Positions 1-9,806 of a stretch of DNA of 64,000 nucleotides are shown piece after piece. The position numbers and the translations under genes were made by a program. The notes below the pieces were generated by a model, which searched no databases, was not told the DNA's origin, and saw only the letters and a list, made by a program, of their open reading frames with translations. Origin of the DNA: Planctomycetota bacterium (GTDB taxonomy: Bacteria > Planctomycetota > PLA2 > JAEUHO01); assembly GCA_965223505.1 (NCBI GenBank), contig CBDCWP010000021.1, positions 192,001 through 256,000 on the forward strand, in the 5' to 3' direction. The number at the start of each line of letters is the position of its first letter. Within the stretch, counting starts at the first letter, position 1.

Positions 1-606
1 CTGAACGACGACCCAGCCGTGGAACGGCTTCTCGTCGGCGCGCACCACACGGCCCTTCAAGGTGATGTCGCCCGCGGGCAGCTCGACCGTCACTGCGACC
101 CGCGCACCCTGCGCAGGCAAGCTGGCGGTCACGACGCCTTGGCGGCCGTCGTCGTCGATCGCGCGGACCTCGTAGAAACCTGCCGTGAGACGCCGGAACC
201 GGAAGGCGCCGTCTGCATCCGCCTCGTAGGTGTCGTCGGCGGGACCGGTCGCCATGCCCGCGTCGAGGATGCGGTCGATCCAGCTCTTCATGATGCCGGC
301 CATGCCGGCGCCGGGAACGCTCAGCTCGACCTGCGACACGAGCCGCAGCTCGACCCGCGCGGGCGCCGGGTTGCCGCCGATCTGGACGACGCCGACGATC
401 TCGCCGGTCCCGGTCAGCGCCGCCGACGGCGCGTCGGCAGCCGAGCCGTCGCCGGAGCCGCTGAGCTCGGGACGCTCTTCTTCACGGCGGGGCTCGTCGG
501 CGGTGGGATCGTCGCCGGGGGCCTGCTCGTTGGCGTCGGTGTCGAGCAAGAAGTACGCGGCGCCGCCGGCGGCGGCGACGACGAGGAGCAGGATCAAGAT
601 GCGCAT
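1..606 (-). CDS. Carboxypeptidase-regulatory-like domain protein, N-terminal membrane anchor (partial, runs off window start)
   Basis: Read by hand, not in ORF track: ATG at 606, MRILILLLVVAAAGGAAYFLL...ADADGAFRFRRLTAGFYEVRA...LKGRVVRAD; open to window edge. Confidence 0.75.
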   Translation of the reverse strand, partial: MRILILLLVVAAAGGAAYFLLDTDANEQAPGDDPTADEPRREEERPELSGSGDGSAADAPSAALTGTGEIVGVVQIGGNPAPARVELRLVSQVELSVPGAGMAGIMKSWIDRILDAGMATGPADDTYEADADGAFRFRRLTAGFYEVRAIDDDGRQGVVTASLPAQGARVAVTVELPAGDITLKGRVVRADEKPFHGWVVVQ

Positions 607-803
607 AGGGAACCTTCCCCCGTACGGGGCATGGATGGATCGCGTCGTGTGCTGCCGGGGAACCCTACCGGGGCGTGGCAGCGTAGCAGTTGCGTGTGGG
701 TCCGCAGACAAGATCCACCAACGGGCCGCGACCGAAGGCATGCGGGCGTCCCGGCCCGGCGTCGTCCGAATACGATGAAGGCCGCACTCGTGGGAGCTGT
801 GCC

Positions 804-2120
804 TTGCGTCGACTGAGCATCGGGCTGCTGTGTCTGGCGACCGCTCTGTGGATCGCGCCGCCGAAGGCCGAAGCCGCGAGCGCGTACGAGCAGGACATGA
901 AGTTCGCGCTGAAGGAGCTGAAGAAGAAGTGCGGCAAGTTCTTCAAGCGCAAGGGCATCGACTGGAAGAAGGTGTCCAAGGAGTTCACCAAGGAAGCCAA
1001 GTCGATCAAGAGCGATCCGGAGCACTTGCGACTGATGCTGCGACTCCTCGCGCGCATCAAGGACGGCCATGCGGCGATTCACGCGGTGGAGAAGGGCTCG
1101 GAGCTTCCGTGGCCGGAGGACATGAAGGTCCGCCAGAACGCGATGGGCATGTACCTGTGTCGCGTGGAGAAGAAGGTCTACGCGAAGGTGACGTTCTCGA
1201 GCGCCAAGGAGGTCGGCGTCATGCCGGGCGCGCACATTCTGAAGCTCGACGGCAAGAAGATCGACAAGTGGCTCTCCGACCGTCAAGCCGAGCTCAGCGA
1301 CACGATCAGCTACTCGACGGATCAGCACGCATTCTTCGCGACGTGTCACTGGGGCCTGACGGCGCCCGAGGGCACGCGGATCGACGTTGAGTTCAAGGAC
1401 GTCAAGGGCAAGAAACGCAAGCGTACGATCACCGTCGGGCGCGCCAGGGCGTTCGTGGTCGGGCCGGCGTTCCTGCCGAAGGGCGTCAAGAGCACGAAGG
1501 ACGTGAACTACGCGACGACCGAAGACGGCTGGGGCTACATCCACATCCGGCGTTGCAAGGGCGACATGCCGGAACAGGTGGACCAGGCGATCGCGGAGCT
1601 TGGCAACGTGCCCGGGATGATCCTCGACTTTCGCGGCAACTCCGGCGGCGGCTTCGACCATGACGCGTTCTTCGGACGGTTCATCCCCGGCAAGAAGAAG
1701 CTGAACGGTTTCGGCGCGGCGGGTCCGCGACAGTACGGCGGACCGGTGGTCGTGATCGTCGACGGGACCGTCGTGAGTGCGGGCGAGACGGCGAGCGGGT
1801 ACTTCAAGGAGTTCGGCCGCGCCTACATGATCGGGGAGAGTCCCACGGCGGGCATGTCGTCCTCGAAGGAGACGATCGAGCTGCCGTCGAAGAAGTTCAA
1901 CCTCTTCGTCTCGGTCGACTCGAACATGCATCGCTTCAACCAGGGCGAAGGCATCGAAGGGATTGGCGTGCCGCCGAACGAAGTAGTGCTGTTCGACCCG
2001 AAAGACCTCGCGGAGGAGCGAGACACGCTCATCCGGCGCGCCGAGGCGATCCTGACGGACTTCCCCCAAAAGCAGGTGAAGTACGACCCGAAGAAGTTCG
2101 GCTGGAAGCCGCCGGAGTAG
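804..2120 (+). CDS. S41 family (tail-specific) peptidase with PDZ-like region, secreted
   Basis: ILDFRGNSGGG, VSAGE and IGESPTAG motifs; signal peptide; TTG start after GGAG chosen within ORF 690..2120. Confidence 0.85.
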   Translation: MRRLSIGLLCLATALWIAPPKAEAASAYEQDMKFALKELKKKCGKFFKRKGIDWKKVSKEFTKEAKSIKSDPEHLRLMLRLLARIKDGHAAIHAVEKGSELPWPEDMKVRQNAMGMYLCRVEKKVYAKVTFSSAKEVGVMPGAHILKLDGKKIDKWLSDRQAELSDTISYSTDQHAFFATCHWGLTAPEGTRIDVEFKDVKGKKRKRTITVGRARAFVVGPAFLPKGVKSTKDVNYATTEDGWGYIHIRRCKGDMPEQVDQAIAELGNVPGMILDFRGNSGGGFDHDAFFGRFIPGKKKLNGFGAAGPRQYGGPVVVIVDGTVVSAGETASGYFKEFGRAYMIGESPTAGMSSSKETIELPSKKFNLFVSVDSNMHRFNQGEGIEGIGVPPNEVVLFDPKDLAEERDTLIRRAEAILTDFPQKQVKYDPKKFGWKPPE

Positions 2121-2123
2121 CGG

Positions 2124-2558
2124 CTAGCCGTCGTCCTCGGGTGTCTCGTTCTCGTTCTCCGCGGGCGCAGGGTCGGCTTCCTCCGGCGCCGCATCCGTTT
2201 CGGCGGTCGCCGGCTCGGCCGCGGCGCTCTCGAGCTCCGCGATGCGGTCCTGTGCCGCCCTCAACTTGGCCTTGAGATCCGCCGTCGCCAGCGCATCTTC
2301 GGCCGCCTTGAGCTTCGCCTTCAGCACCTCGATCGACTCGCCCGCCTCCGCCGGCGACGATGCCTCGCCGCTCTTCCCGCGCAGGCGCTGGAGCAACGCC
2401 TCGTGCGAGAGTCCGTCGGACGCCCCGGGAACGCTCATGCCGCCCTCGAGCTGCTGGAACGTCGTCGACGTCTTCGACTTCGATCCACCCCGGCAGCAAC
2501 CCGAGACGATGACGGCGGCGCACAGCGCCGCGACGATTCCCAAACACCTGCACTTCAT
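2124..2558 (-). CDS. Hypothetical lipoprotein with coiled coil and acidic tail
   Basis: MKCRCLGIVAALCAAVIVSGCC lipobox-like N-terminus; LKAKLKAAE/LKAKLRAAQ heptads; ATGA overlap with upstream gene. Confidence 0.65.
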   Translation of the reverse strand: MKCRCLGIVAALCAAVIVSGCCRGGSKSKTSTTFQQLEGGMSVPGASDGLSHEALLQRLRGKSGEASSPAEAGESIEVLKAKLKAAEDALATADLKAKLRAAQDRIAELESAAAEPATAETDAAPEEADPAPAENENETPEDDG

Positions 2559-3916
2559 GACGTGATCTCCACGAGGGGACGCAACACGAAATCCCTGATC
2601 GCTCCGCCGGCGAGAATCGCATCGCGCGCGTCGTTGTAGTTCACCGCGACGATGCACTGCTTCCCGCCGTCGATCTTCACGCGGCCGCAGAGGATACCGA
2701 CCGCTTGGATCGCGTCGGCGGTCTCCCGGTACACGATCGTTCCGCTGTCGCCGCCTTCGCACCAGCCGCGCAACAGCATGCACTCCGGGTAGAACGTCGG
2801 GGTGTTGCTGCCGTTCAGCTTGAGCCCGATGTCGCCGGCGTCGGCCCAGCGGTAGAACGTGACCTGCTTCACGGCGCCGTTCTGCGCGACGTACCGGTAG
2901 TCGTGCTGGTTGCTCACGCGGTCGCGGGCGAGCACGTCGGCGACCTTCGACGCGATCCACTCCCCCGACGTGCTGTTGGGCTCGGACTCGTGGATCAGGG
3001 CCGCGTCCATTCGGTAGTCCGAGTCGTAGATGTCGTCGCACCATGCCGTGCCCACGACCGGATCGCCCAGACGGCGGGTCTCGGTCGAGCTGAGCCGCGC
3101 GCGAATCTCGCGAATCAGGTTCGGCTTCGCGGGCGGGTTGCCGTCGTAGGCGTTGTGGGCCACCGTCAGCCACGCCGCGAAGGGCGCGCCGCTGTCGGGC
3201 GTGACCTCCACCCGCGCCGCCAAGCATCCCTTCGCCGTACGCGTCGTGGTGGCGCGGCGAAGCTGCATCAACGCGCCGCGCGTGCCCCACGTGGCGGCCG
3301 GGATGCTCTTCGCGGTGAACACGTCGTCCGGGGGCGGCGCGCTCTTGGGAAGGAACACGTCGTCGGAAGGCGGCGCACTCTTGGGCGTGAACACGTCCGG
3401 CGGCGGCGCCGACATGCGCGGCGGCCTCTTGGCGCGCTTCTTCACGCTTGCGGAACGCGGCCTCGTGGGCGGCTTCTTCGGCGCCTTTCGTGCGGCGCGG
3501 GTCGAACGCTTGCGAACGGGCTTCTTGCGTGTCTTGGGGGCCGACTTGCGCTTTCGCTTGCGCGGGACGACGACGTGAATCGGCACCTCGATGCGTACGC
3601 GGTCTCCAATCTTCGCGTCCCCCGGTTTCGCGCGCTTGGGCCGGCGTTTCAGGGTGATCCGTCCGAACACGGCGCAGGCGGGAATGCCGTGGTTCTTCCG
3701 GCCGGGCGCGACGCGAACCCTTAGCACGCACACGGGTCGCTTGCGGCCGCGCTTCTTGCGCGTTCCACTCGCGCACTCACGAAACGCGGCGTGTTCTTCT
3801 CGGAGACGCTTCGTACGATGTTCGACGATCCACGCGAGCACGCGGCGCTGCTCCGCAACGGGAAGCCGGTGCAGCGGGATGGGCCCGCGACGCCGCCGTC
3901 CTCGTTTGGTTGCCAC
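2555..3916 (-). CDS. Nal1-like trypsin-fold serine protease with Lys/Arg-rich insert
   Basis: Triad motifs LTVAHN, MDAALI, GGDSG; N-terminus resembles Nal1 prodomain; AGGAGG before GTG. Confidence 0.7.
   Translation of the reverse strand: MATKRGRRRRGPIPLHRLPVAEQRRVLAWIVEHRTKRLREEHAAFRECASGTRKKRGRKRPVCVLRVRVAPGRKNHGIPACAVFGRITLKRRPKRAKPGDAKIGDRVRIEVPIHVVVPRKRKRKSAPKTRKKPVRKRSTRAARKAPKKPPTRPRSASVKKRAKRPPRMSAPPPDVFTPKSAPPSDDVFLPKSAPPPDDVFTAKSIPAATWGTRGALMQLRRATTTRTAKGCLAARVEVTPDSGAPFAAWLTVAHNAYDGNPPAKPNLIREIRARLSSTETRRLGDPVVGTAWCDDIYDSDYRMDAALIHESEPNSTSGEWIASKVADVLARDRVSNQHDYRYVAQNGAVKQVTFYRWADAGDIGLKLNGSNTPTFYPECMLLRGWCEGGDSGTIVYRETADAIQAVGILCGRVKIDGGKQCIVAVNYNDARDAILAGGAIRDFVLRPLVEITS
3305..3410 (-). 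repeat. Three imperfect 36-bp (12-aa) tandem repeats
   Basis: Units start at 3305, 3341 and 3377; encode SAPPP(D)DVF(T/L)(P/A)K. Confidence 0.85.
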
Positions 3917-3945
3917 GCGTGCCTCCTAGCGGCGCCCCTCCCCCG

Positions 3946-5355
3946 TCACCGAGCGGTGGACACCTTGAGATAGGTCGCCTTCTCGGCCTCGTTCGAAAGC
4001 GCTTCTCTCACCTTCGCGTCGTTCGTCTTGCCCATGAGGAACGCGGCGATGAACCGGCGCGTCTCCTTGACGACCTTGCCCCTGGACGCGGCGGGCGACG
4101 TCGTCGAGATCGGGATCTTGTAATGGTCGCTCGCGACCGTGATCGCGCCCTCCAACTTGGCCTTGAGCCCGCCTTCCAGCGACACGCCCGCGGTGAGCTG
4201 GTTGCGTAGCGTCGCGTCGGGACTCGCGTTGTCCTTGTCGAGGTACTTGTCCGCCACGTCGCGGACCTGCCCGAACGTGAGGCCGCCGGAGGTGTTCGCG
4301 ACGCTCGCATGCCCGTTGTTGCCGCCGTTGCCGTTCGGCTGGCTGCCGTCGCTGCGGGTGGACAACCGCAGAACGCGCCGAACGTTGAACGAGATCCGGG
4401 TGTGCGGGTAGCGCGCTTTCAGGACGTAGAAGTCGTCGTCGGCCTTGCGCCGGCTGCCCTGCGGCACGCCGCGCGGCATCTCCAAGCGCTCGTTCTGGTA
4501 CTCGGTGTTCTTGAGGATCGGATACAAGCCGGGTGTCGCGTAGATCACGTACGCGTAGCGCATCGAGATGAACTGGTTCTCGCGGAAACCGGCTTCTGCC
4601 GCGCTCGTGCCCTCGCCGACGCCGTCCTCGGCTCCCGAGGTGCCCGTGCCGAGGCCCTTCGTCGCCGCCTGTACGGCGACGTCGGAGAACTTGTTGATCG
4701 TGTCGGCGACCAGCTTGCCCATCTCGGTGTTGTCGACCGACATCGAGAACTTGTTGAGCGTGCTGCCGGGCCCCATCGCCGCACCCAGCTCGGCCTGGCC
4801 GAGCCCGCCCTCCGCCGAGACGACGTACTTCTCGTCCAGGTCGGGCAGGTAGACGATGTCGTAGAGCATGCTGACCGGCAGCGCCTGCGGCACGGTCGAG
4901 TCCCACGACACGTCGCCCGTGGCCGTCGTCAACGCACCCGCACTCTTGCTCTCCGTCGCCTCGGTGGACTTGTCGTTGCTGTCGGGCTTGTTCGGCTTGT
5001 TCGGGTCGCTGACGACCGGCGGCTTCAGATCGTCGCGCTCGCGCTGCAGGCCATCGTCGAGCCCGATGGAAGCGAGCGGCACGTACGGATCGCCGCCGAG
5101 GAACTCGAGCAGCTCCTGCGGCGCGTTCAGGATGTGCACGACGTCGCCCTTCACCTGACCGGCGATGTAGCCGGCGTCGCCGGCCACCGGGATTTCCCGC
5201 TTCAGCGCCATGTACGGGCGCTGCATGTAGAAGGGAATTCCCGCACGCTCGCACTTGTTGGGATCTGCGGGAGCCACCTCCACGCGCGCGCAACCGATCG
5301 ACGCGACCGCGCAGAGAAGAAGTAGGACGGCAATGCTGCCCACGGCATTTCGCAT
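3946..5355 (-). CDS. Hypothetical lipoprotein
   Basis: MRNAVGSIAVLLLLCAVASIGC lipobox; GIPFYMQRPY and IVYLPDLDEKY segments; GC3-rich codons. Confidence 0.7.
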   Translation of the reverse strand: MRNAVGSIAVLLLLCAVASIGCARVEVAPADPNKCERAGIPFYMQRPYMALKREIPVAGDAGYIAGQVKGDVVHILNAPQELLEFLGGDPYVPLASIGLDDGLQRERDDLKPPVVSDPNKPNKPDSNDKSTEATESKSAGALTTATGDVSWDSTVPQALPVSMLYDIVYLPDLDEKYVVSAEGGLGQAELGAAMGPGSTLNKFSMSVDNTEMGKLVADTINKFSDVAVQAATKGLGTGTSGAEDGVGEGTSAAEAGFRENQFISMRYAYVIYATPGLYPILKNTEYQNERLEMPRGVPQGSRRKADDDFYVLKARYPHTRISFNVRRVLRLSTRSDGSQPNGNGGNNGHASVANTSGGLTFGQVRDVADKYLDKDNASPDATLRNQLTAGVSLEGGLKAKLEGAITVASDHYKIPISTTSPAASRGKVVKETRRFIAAFLMGKTNDAKVREALSNEAEKATYLKVSTAR

Positions 5356-5489
5356 GAGTGAACTCCCCAACGAGACCCACCGAGCGTCCTCGAGACGCGC
5401 GTCAACAGCCGATGGGCTCCTGCACTTTGGACAGTCTGCCAAATTGCTGCGCGGGCGCGCAAGCGCGCGCGATCGTTGGTCGCACGTTG

Positions 5490-6587
5490 TCAGGCACCCG
5501 AAGGCTCGGGTTCTCCCTCGCCGTCGTCGGTGAACTTCTTCCAGAGCCCGCTCAGCGAGTCCGTGACCTTGCTGAGCACCTTCGCCGGCAAATTGAGCAA
5601 CCCGCCGCCGACCGTGCGCACGACCTCGGTGACGACCTCCTTCGAGAACATGCCCGCCTCCTTCAGCGCGTCACCGACGGCGGACACCGTCGTTCGTTCC
5701 GTCCAGGCGTCGAACGCCCGGCACCGCGCCTTCGCGACGTACCCGATGCGCAACGTCACGATCGAGTTCACCGCGCCGTCCATCACGGGCCCGGCCACGG
5801 CGCCGACCGTCTTGCCGAAGACGCTGCCGAGCGCGCCGCCGGCCGCCTCGCTCACGTCTTGCAAGTAGGCGCTCGCGAGCGTCGCCGCAGAGACGTCGCG
5901 CAAGATCGAGAACGTGCCGCGCACGCCGGGACGGCCGTAGTAGATCCGAGCGATCCGACTCACGAGATTGCAGTTGCGCCAGAGCACGATGAAGGAGTCG
6001 ACCGTGCCGTTCCACGACACCGCGGTGGCGACCCCCACGCCGAGCGCCTCGTTGCGAATGACCTCGCGCACCTTTTTGTCGAGCGGCGCCAGGAGCTTCG
6101 CCACGGATTCGTTCTCGATGCGGTGGGTCTTGGCGATCAGCGCCTTCAACTGCTCCGGCGTCGCCCCTGCGGCTTCCTGCCGCAGTGCCCGGCACGCGGC
6201 GGCCGTCTCGTGCACCTGATCGATCGAGCCCTCCCACGCGGGGTTCTCGAGCAGGTTCTTGACGTACCGCTCCACGAAAGCCAGGTGCTTCACCAGGTGC
6301 GCGGGCGTGCGCTCGGCTTCGGGCGGCAGCTTGGGCGGACGCACGGCGACCGGCATGCGCAAGAAGCGGTAGATGGGGCGTCCGATGAACCAGAGGAACA
6401 GCGCCGCGAACACGACGAGGAACGCGACGCCGGCCCATGCGTGCATGTCGCGGAAGAACCGATACGCCTCCGCGACGCGCATGACCAGGAAGAAGGCCAT
6501 GAAACCGATGAGCGTGTAGGACGCGAAGCGTAGGAACCGGAAGAGGGTGCGCATCACGGCGCTGAAGTCGCGAAGGGGAGCGGGCAT
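5490..6587 (-). CDS. YcjF/DUF697-family membrane protein
   Basis: Two N-terminal TM helices; TAVSWNGTVDSFIVLW...IARIYYGRPG...GAVNSIVTLRIG pattern. Confidence 0.75.
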   Translation of the reverse strand: MPAPLRDFSAVMRTLFRFLRFASYTLIGFMAFFLVMRVAEAYRFFRDMHAWAGVAFLVVFAALFLWFIGRPIYRFLRMPVAVRPPKLPPEAERTPAHLVKHLAFVERYVKNLLENPAWEGSIDQVHETAAACRALRQEAAGATPEQLKALIAKTHRIENESVAKLLAPLDKKVREVIRNEALGVGVATAVSWNGTVDSFIVLWRNCNLVSRIARIYYGRPGVRGTFSILRDVSAATLASAYLQDVSEAAGGALGSVFGKTVGAVAGPVMDGAVNSIVTLRIGYVAKARCRAFDAWTERTTVSAVGDALKEAGMFSKEVVTEVVRTVGGGLLNLPAKVLSKVTDSLSGLWKKFTDDGEGEPEPSGA

Positions 6588-6654
6588 GGTTTGCCTCCAA
6601 GGCCGGGAGGCACATCATGTCAGGCTTGCGGGCTACGTGCCCACGGGGTGCCGG

Positions 6655-7785
6655 CTAGTCGACCCAGTCCGCGACGAATACGTTCGTCTCGTTCGGCTTG
6701 TCGTTGTACCGGTTGCTGCAGAACACCAGCCGTTTGCCGTCGCGCGTGAACATCGGGAACCCGTCGAAGTCGTCCGAACGGCGCTCGGCGCCGGGACGCG
6801 TGCGCTCGAAGTAGGTGATGCGCTCCGTCTTGCGGGTCTCGATGTCCACCATGTAGAGCTCGAAGTTGCGCCGCTTCGGATCGTCCATGTTCGAGCTGAA
6901 GATGATGCGCTTGCCGTCGGGATGCCAGAACGGCCCGAAGTTGGCCGCGCCGTTGTTCGTGATCATCTGCTTGTTGGACCCGTCCGCGTCCATGATCCAG
7001 ATCTCGAGCTTGTGCGGCTTGACGAGCTCCATGGCGAGCAGACGCTGCGCTTCTTCGGCGTTCACATCGTCGCGGTTCGGCGCGCGCCACACGATCTTCT
7101 TCCCATCCCAGGAAAAGAACGCGCCGCCGTCGTAGTCCGGCTCGTCGGTCAGACGTTGGACGTCCGAACCGTCGATCTTCATGGAGTAGAGGTCGAGGTC
7201 GCCGTCACGCGTGGAGGTGAAGACGATGCGATCCCCGGCCGGGGACACGGTGGCCTCCGCGTCGTAGCCGGCGGAGCTCTGAAGCAGCTTCACGTCGCTG
7301 CCGTCGGCCTTCGCCGTGTAGATGGCGTAGCTCTTGAACACGCCCCAGGTGTATCCCCGGTACGGCGCCTTCTGCGGCGGCTCGTCACCCGCGCCGTGCG
7401 TCGACGCATAGAGAATGCGCTCGTCGCCCGGTAGGAAGTACGAGCAGGTCGTCCGGCCCTTCCCCGTGCTGACCATGCGCACGTCGGATCCGTCCGGGTT
7501 CATGATGTAGATCTGATCCGCTTCGCGGCCGTCCCGCGTGCTCTGGAAGACCAGCTTCGTCTCGTCGAAGGACCAGTAGGCCTCCGCGTTCTGTCCGGCG
7601 AAGGTCAGCTGACGAAGATTCGTCAGATGTCGCTCGTTCTCGAACGGCTCCCGCGCGACACACGGCCCGTTGGGCGCGCCGCCGTCGGCGGCGGGCTTCT
7701 CGGCAGGCTCGTCGCGGCAGCCGGCGCAACAAACCAGCGCCAGGAGCAGGAGGGTCGGGACGAATCGCGGAATCGAATTCGGCAT
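6655..7785 (-). CDS. TolB-like PD40 beta-propeller lipoprotein
   Basis: Repeated (S/H)xDGxxIxFxS motifs; NAEAYWS; CAGC lipobox. Confidence 0.85.
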   Translation of the reverse strand: MPNSIPRFVPTLLLLALVCCAGCRDEPAEKPAADGGAPNGPCVAREPFENERHLTNLRQLTFAGQNAEAYWSFDETKLVFQSTRDGREADQIYIMNPDGSDVRMVSTGKGRTTCSYFLPGDERILYASTHGAGDEPPQKAPYRGYTWGVFKSYAIYTAKADGSDVKLLQSSAGYDAEATVSPAGDRIVFTSTRDGDLDLYSMKIDGSDVQRLTDEPDYDGGAFFSWDGKKIVWRAPNRDDVNAEEAQRLLAMELVKPHKLEIWIMDADGSNKQMITNNGAANFGPFWHPDGKRIIFSSNMDDPKRRNFELYMVDIETRKTERITYFERTRPGAERRSDDFDGFPMFTRDGKRLVFCSNRYNDKPNETNVFVADWVD

Positions 7786-7846
7786 GCGCGCAGCATGGCC
7801 GCGATCCCGCAAGGGGCAAACGAACGTCACGGGGTATCTTCCGCGC

Positions 7847-8500
7847 ATGGATCTGGAGACGTTCACCGCCCGCGCGAGAACCGCCGTGAGGGACGTGGCC
7901 GGGCCGCTCCCGGCGGTGGCCCTGGAGGTGGACCCCGGGCGGCAGTCGCATCCGCTGCTTCCGGACCTCCCGCTGCTCGCCGAGACCGTCGGGGAGGGGG
8001 ACGAGCGCGTGCTGCGCTGCTACTACGGGTCGTTCCGGGCGCTCGAGGAAGCCGAAACGGGCTTCGACGTCGACGCGGTGCTGCGCGAGCGTGTCGAGAC
8101 GGAGATCAACGAGCTCGAGGAGGAACGCGCGACGGTCGAGGACCTGAGATCCGAGGACGACCTTCTCGGCGCGCACGCCCGGTTCCGGCGTGGACTCGAG
8201 GTGCCCCGCCTGTGGTACCGGCGCGGCGATCTCGTCGCGCCGTGCCTGTGGGCTGTCGACCTGGACCTGTTCCTGGAGCTGCGGCTGCGGTGGCCGGAAT
8301 GGGAGTCGGTGCGCGGGCGGCCGCTCGTGCTGCAGCTCGGCAAGGAACCGCTGCCGCTCGAGATTCCGCACGACGCCGCGCCGGACGACGTGTGGACGAT
8401 CGAAGAGGCCGGACTCATCGACGAGATCCCGGACGACGACGACGACGACCCGCCGCCGCCGCGCTTCGGCAATCTACACGTCCTACCTCTCGTTCGCTGA
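7847..8500 (+). CDS. Hypothetical protein
   Basis: Coding-like codon bias; TATCTT 6 nt before ATG; acidic C-terminus. Confidence 0.6.
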   Translation: MDLETFTARARTAVRDVAGPLPAVALEVDPGRQSHPLLPDLPLLAETVGEGDERVLRCYYGSFRALEEAETGFDVDAVLRERVETEINELEEERATVEDLRSEDDLLGAHARFRRGLEVPRLWYRRGDLVAPCLWAVDLDLFLELRLRWPEWESVRGRPLVLQLGKEPLPLEIPHDAAPDDVWTIEEAGLIDEIPDDDDDDPPPPRFGNLHVLPLVR

Positions 8501-8851
8501 GTCCTCGGTCGCGGCCGCGGCGAACGCCTTGACCGCGTCGGCGCGCGTCGCGAACGTCGGAAAGAGACCACCGACGCCCATCGTGTGCAACGTGCCGCGG
8601 ACGCGTCGCGGAACGGCGGCCAACGCCATGCGGCCGCCTGTCGCGCGCAATCGCCGGCCGGCTTGAATCAGGAAGCCCGCCGCCGTCGACGGCAGGATGC
8701 CGACCGCGTGAACGTCCCAGACGACGTACCGCGTTCCGATCTCCAACAATCGGTTCAACCGCGCCTCGTACGACGGCAAGGTCGACGCGTCGAGGTCGCC
8801 GCGCATCACGAGGACGACGACGTCGCCGTGGTACTCCTCCTCCAAGCTCAC
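8483..8851 (-). CDS. STAS-domain anti-sigma-factor antagonist
   Basis: VVVLVMRGDLDAS...VVWDVHAVGILPSTAAGFL...GGRMALA; GTGA overlap with upstream gene. Confidence 0.8.
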   Translation of the reverse strand: MSLEEEYHGDVVVLVMRGDLDASTLPSYEARLNRLLEIGTRYVVWDVHAVGILPSTAAGFLIQAGRRLRATGGRMALAAVPRRVRGTLHTMGVGGLFPTFATRADAVKAFAAAATEDSANER

Positions 8852-9795
8852 GGTGTTCTCCACGCCAGGATCGCCGGATCGCCGTCGGAGATGAGATAGA
8901 CCGTCCCGTCCGGAGCGTGGGCGAGGCCGCGCCAGATCCCGGGCCCCCCTTCGCCCGCACCTTCGACCTCGGGCGCCGGCGTGGACGGCTCCAGCGTGGT
9001 CGCGCGGCGGCGCCCGGGATCCGCGAACGGGGCAAGCGCGCCCCGATCGTGGCCGCGCACGACCAGAAAGCGCTCGTCGTGCCACGACATCGACTCGACG
9101 TCGGGCGCAGGCACGCCGGGCACGCGGACCTGGAAGTGCCCCAGGGACATGCCGAACTCGTCGAGCCGCCAAACACCGAAGACCTCGTCTTCCTCGCCGC
9201 CGCGCTCGACCAGGTACAGGTCCTCCGTGCGCTGCATGCCGCTCGTGGACAGGAGCGCAGACAGACCCGGCCCCGTATCGCGATAGTCGCCCGCGCCGAC
9301 GTTGGAACGCTTCGCACCGGCGCCCGTGAACACGTGCTGAAGCCGGACCTTGCCGGCGCGTCCCGCCGCGTCCTGATCGATGTACCCCCAGTACACGACC
9401 CTCAGATTGCGCTCCCCGAGGAAGATCCGGTTGGGCCGCAACATGGCGACGCCTTGGAAGTCGACCTCGAGCTTCCACAAGTCGCCGAACTCGTAGCCGC
9501 GGGCGGCGAACTCGCCGCGGCCCATCAGCTTCGATTCCTCGTGCAGGTAGACGTCCAGCGCGCGCGGAAAGACATGCTGTCCATGCTGCAGGCCGCGGCG
9601 TTGAATCGCATAGATGTTGCGGTCGCCGCCGCCGGCGACGACCAGCAGCTCGTCGCCGTAGACCGCGAGCCCGGAGGCGCGCTGCAGCCCCTTCACGCGA
9701 CAGTGGCTCCACGAAGCCGAGGTTGCCGCACGCCCGTCGCCGTCGCCGTCGCTGCTGAGCACGAAGACGAACAGGCCCGCCAACGCGAGGATCAC
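8848..9795 (-). CDS. Membrane-anchored beta-propeller-like hypothetical protein (SdiA-regulated/phytase-like)
   Basis: N-terminal hydrophobic helix; repeated ASGLAV, FQGVAM, VESMSW, WRGLAH strands; start uncertain (about 9795-9825). Confidence 0.6.
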   Translation of the reverse strand: MILALAGLFVFVLSSDGDGDGRAATSASWSHCRVKGLQRASGLAVYGDELLVVAGGGDRNIYAIQRRGLQHGQHVFPRALDVYLHEESKLMGRGEFAARGYEFGDLWKLEVDFQGVAMLRPNRIFLGERNLRVVYWGYIDQDAAGRAGKVRLQHVFTGAGAKRSNVGAGDYRDTGPGLSALLSTSGMQRTEDLYLVERGGEEDEVFGVWRLDEFGMSLGHFQVRVPGVPAPDVESMSWHDERFLVVRGHDRGALAPFADPGRRRATTLEPSTPAPEVEGAGEGGPGIWRGLAHAPDGTVYLISDGDPAILAWRTP

Positions 9796-9806
9796 GATTG
9801 GTGCGA

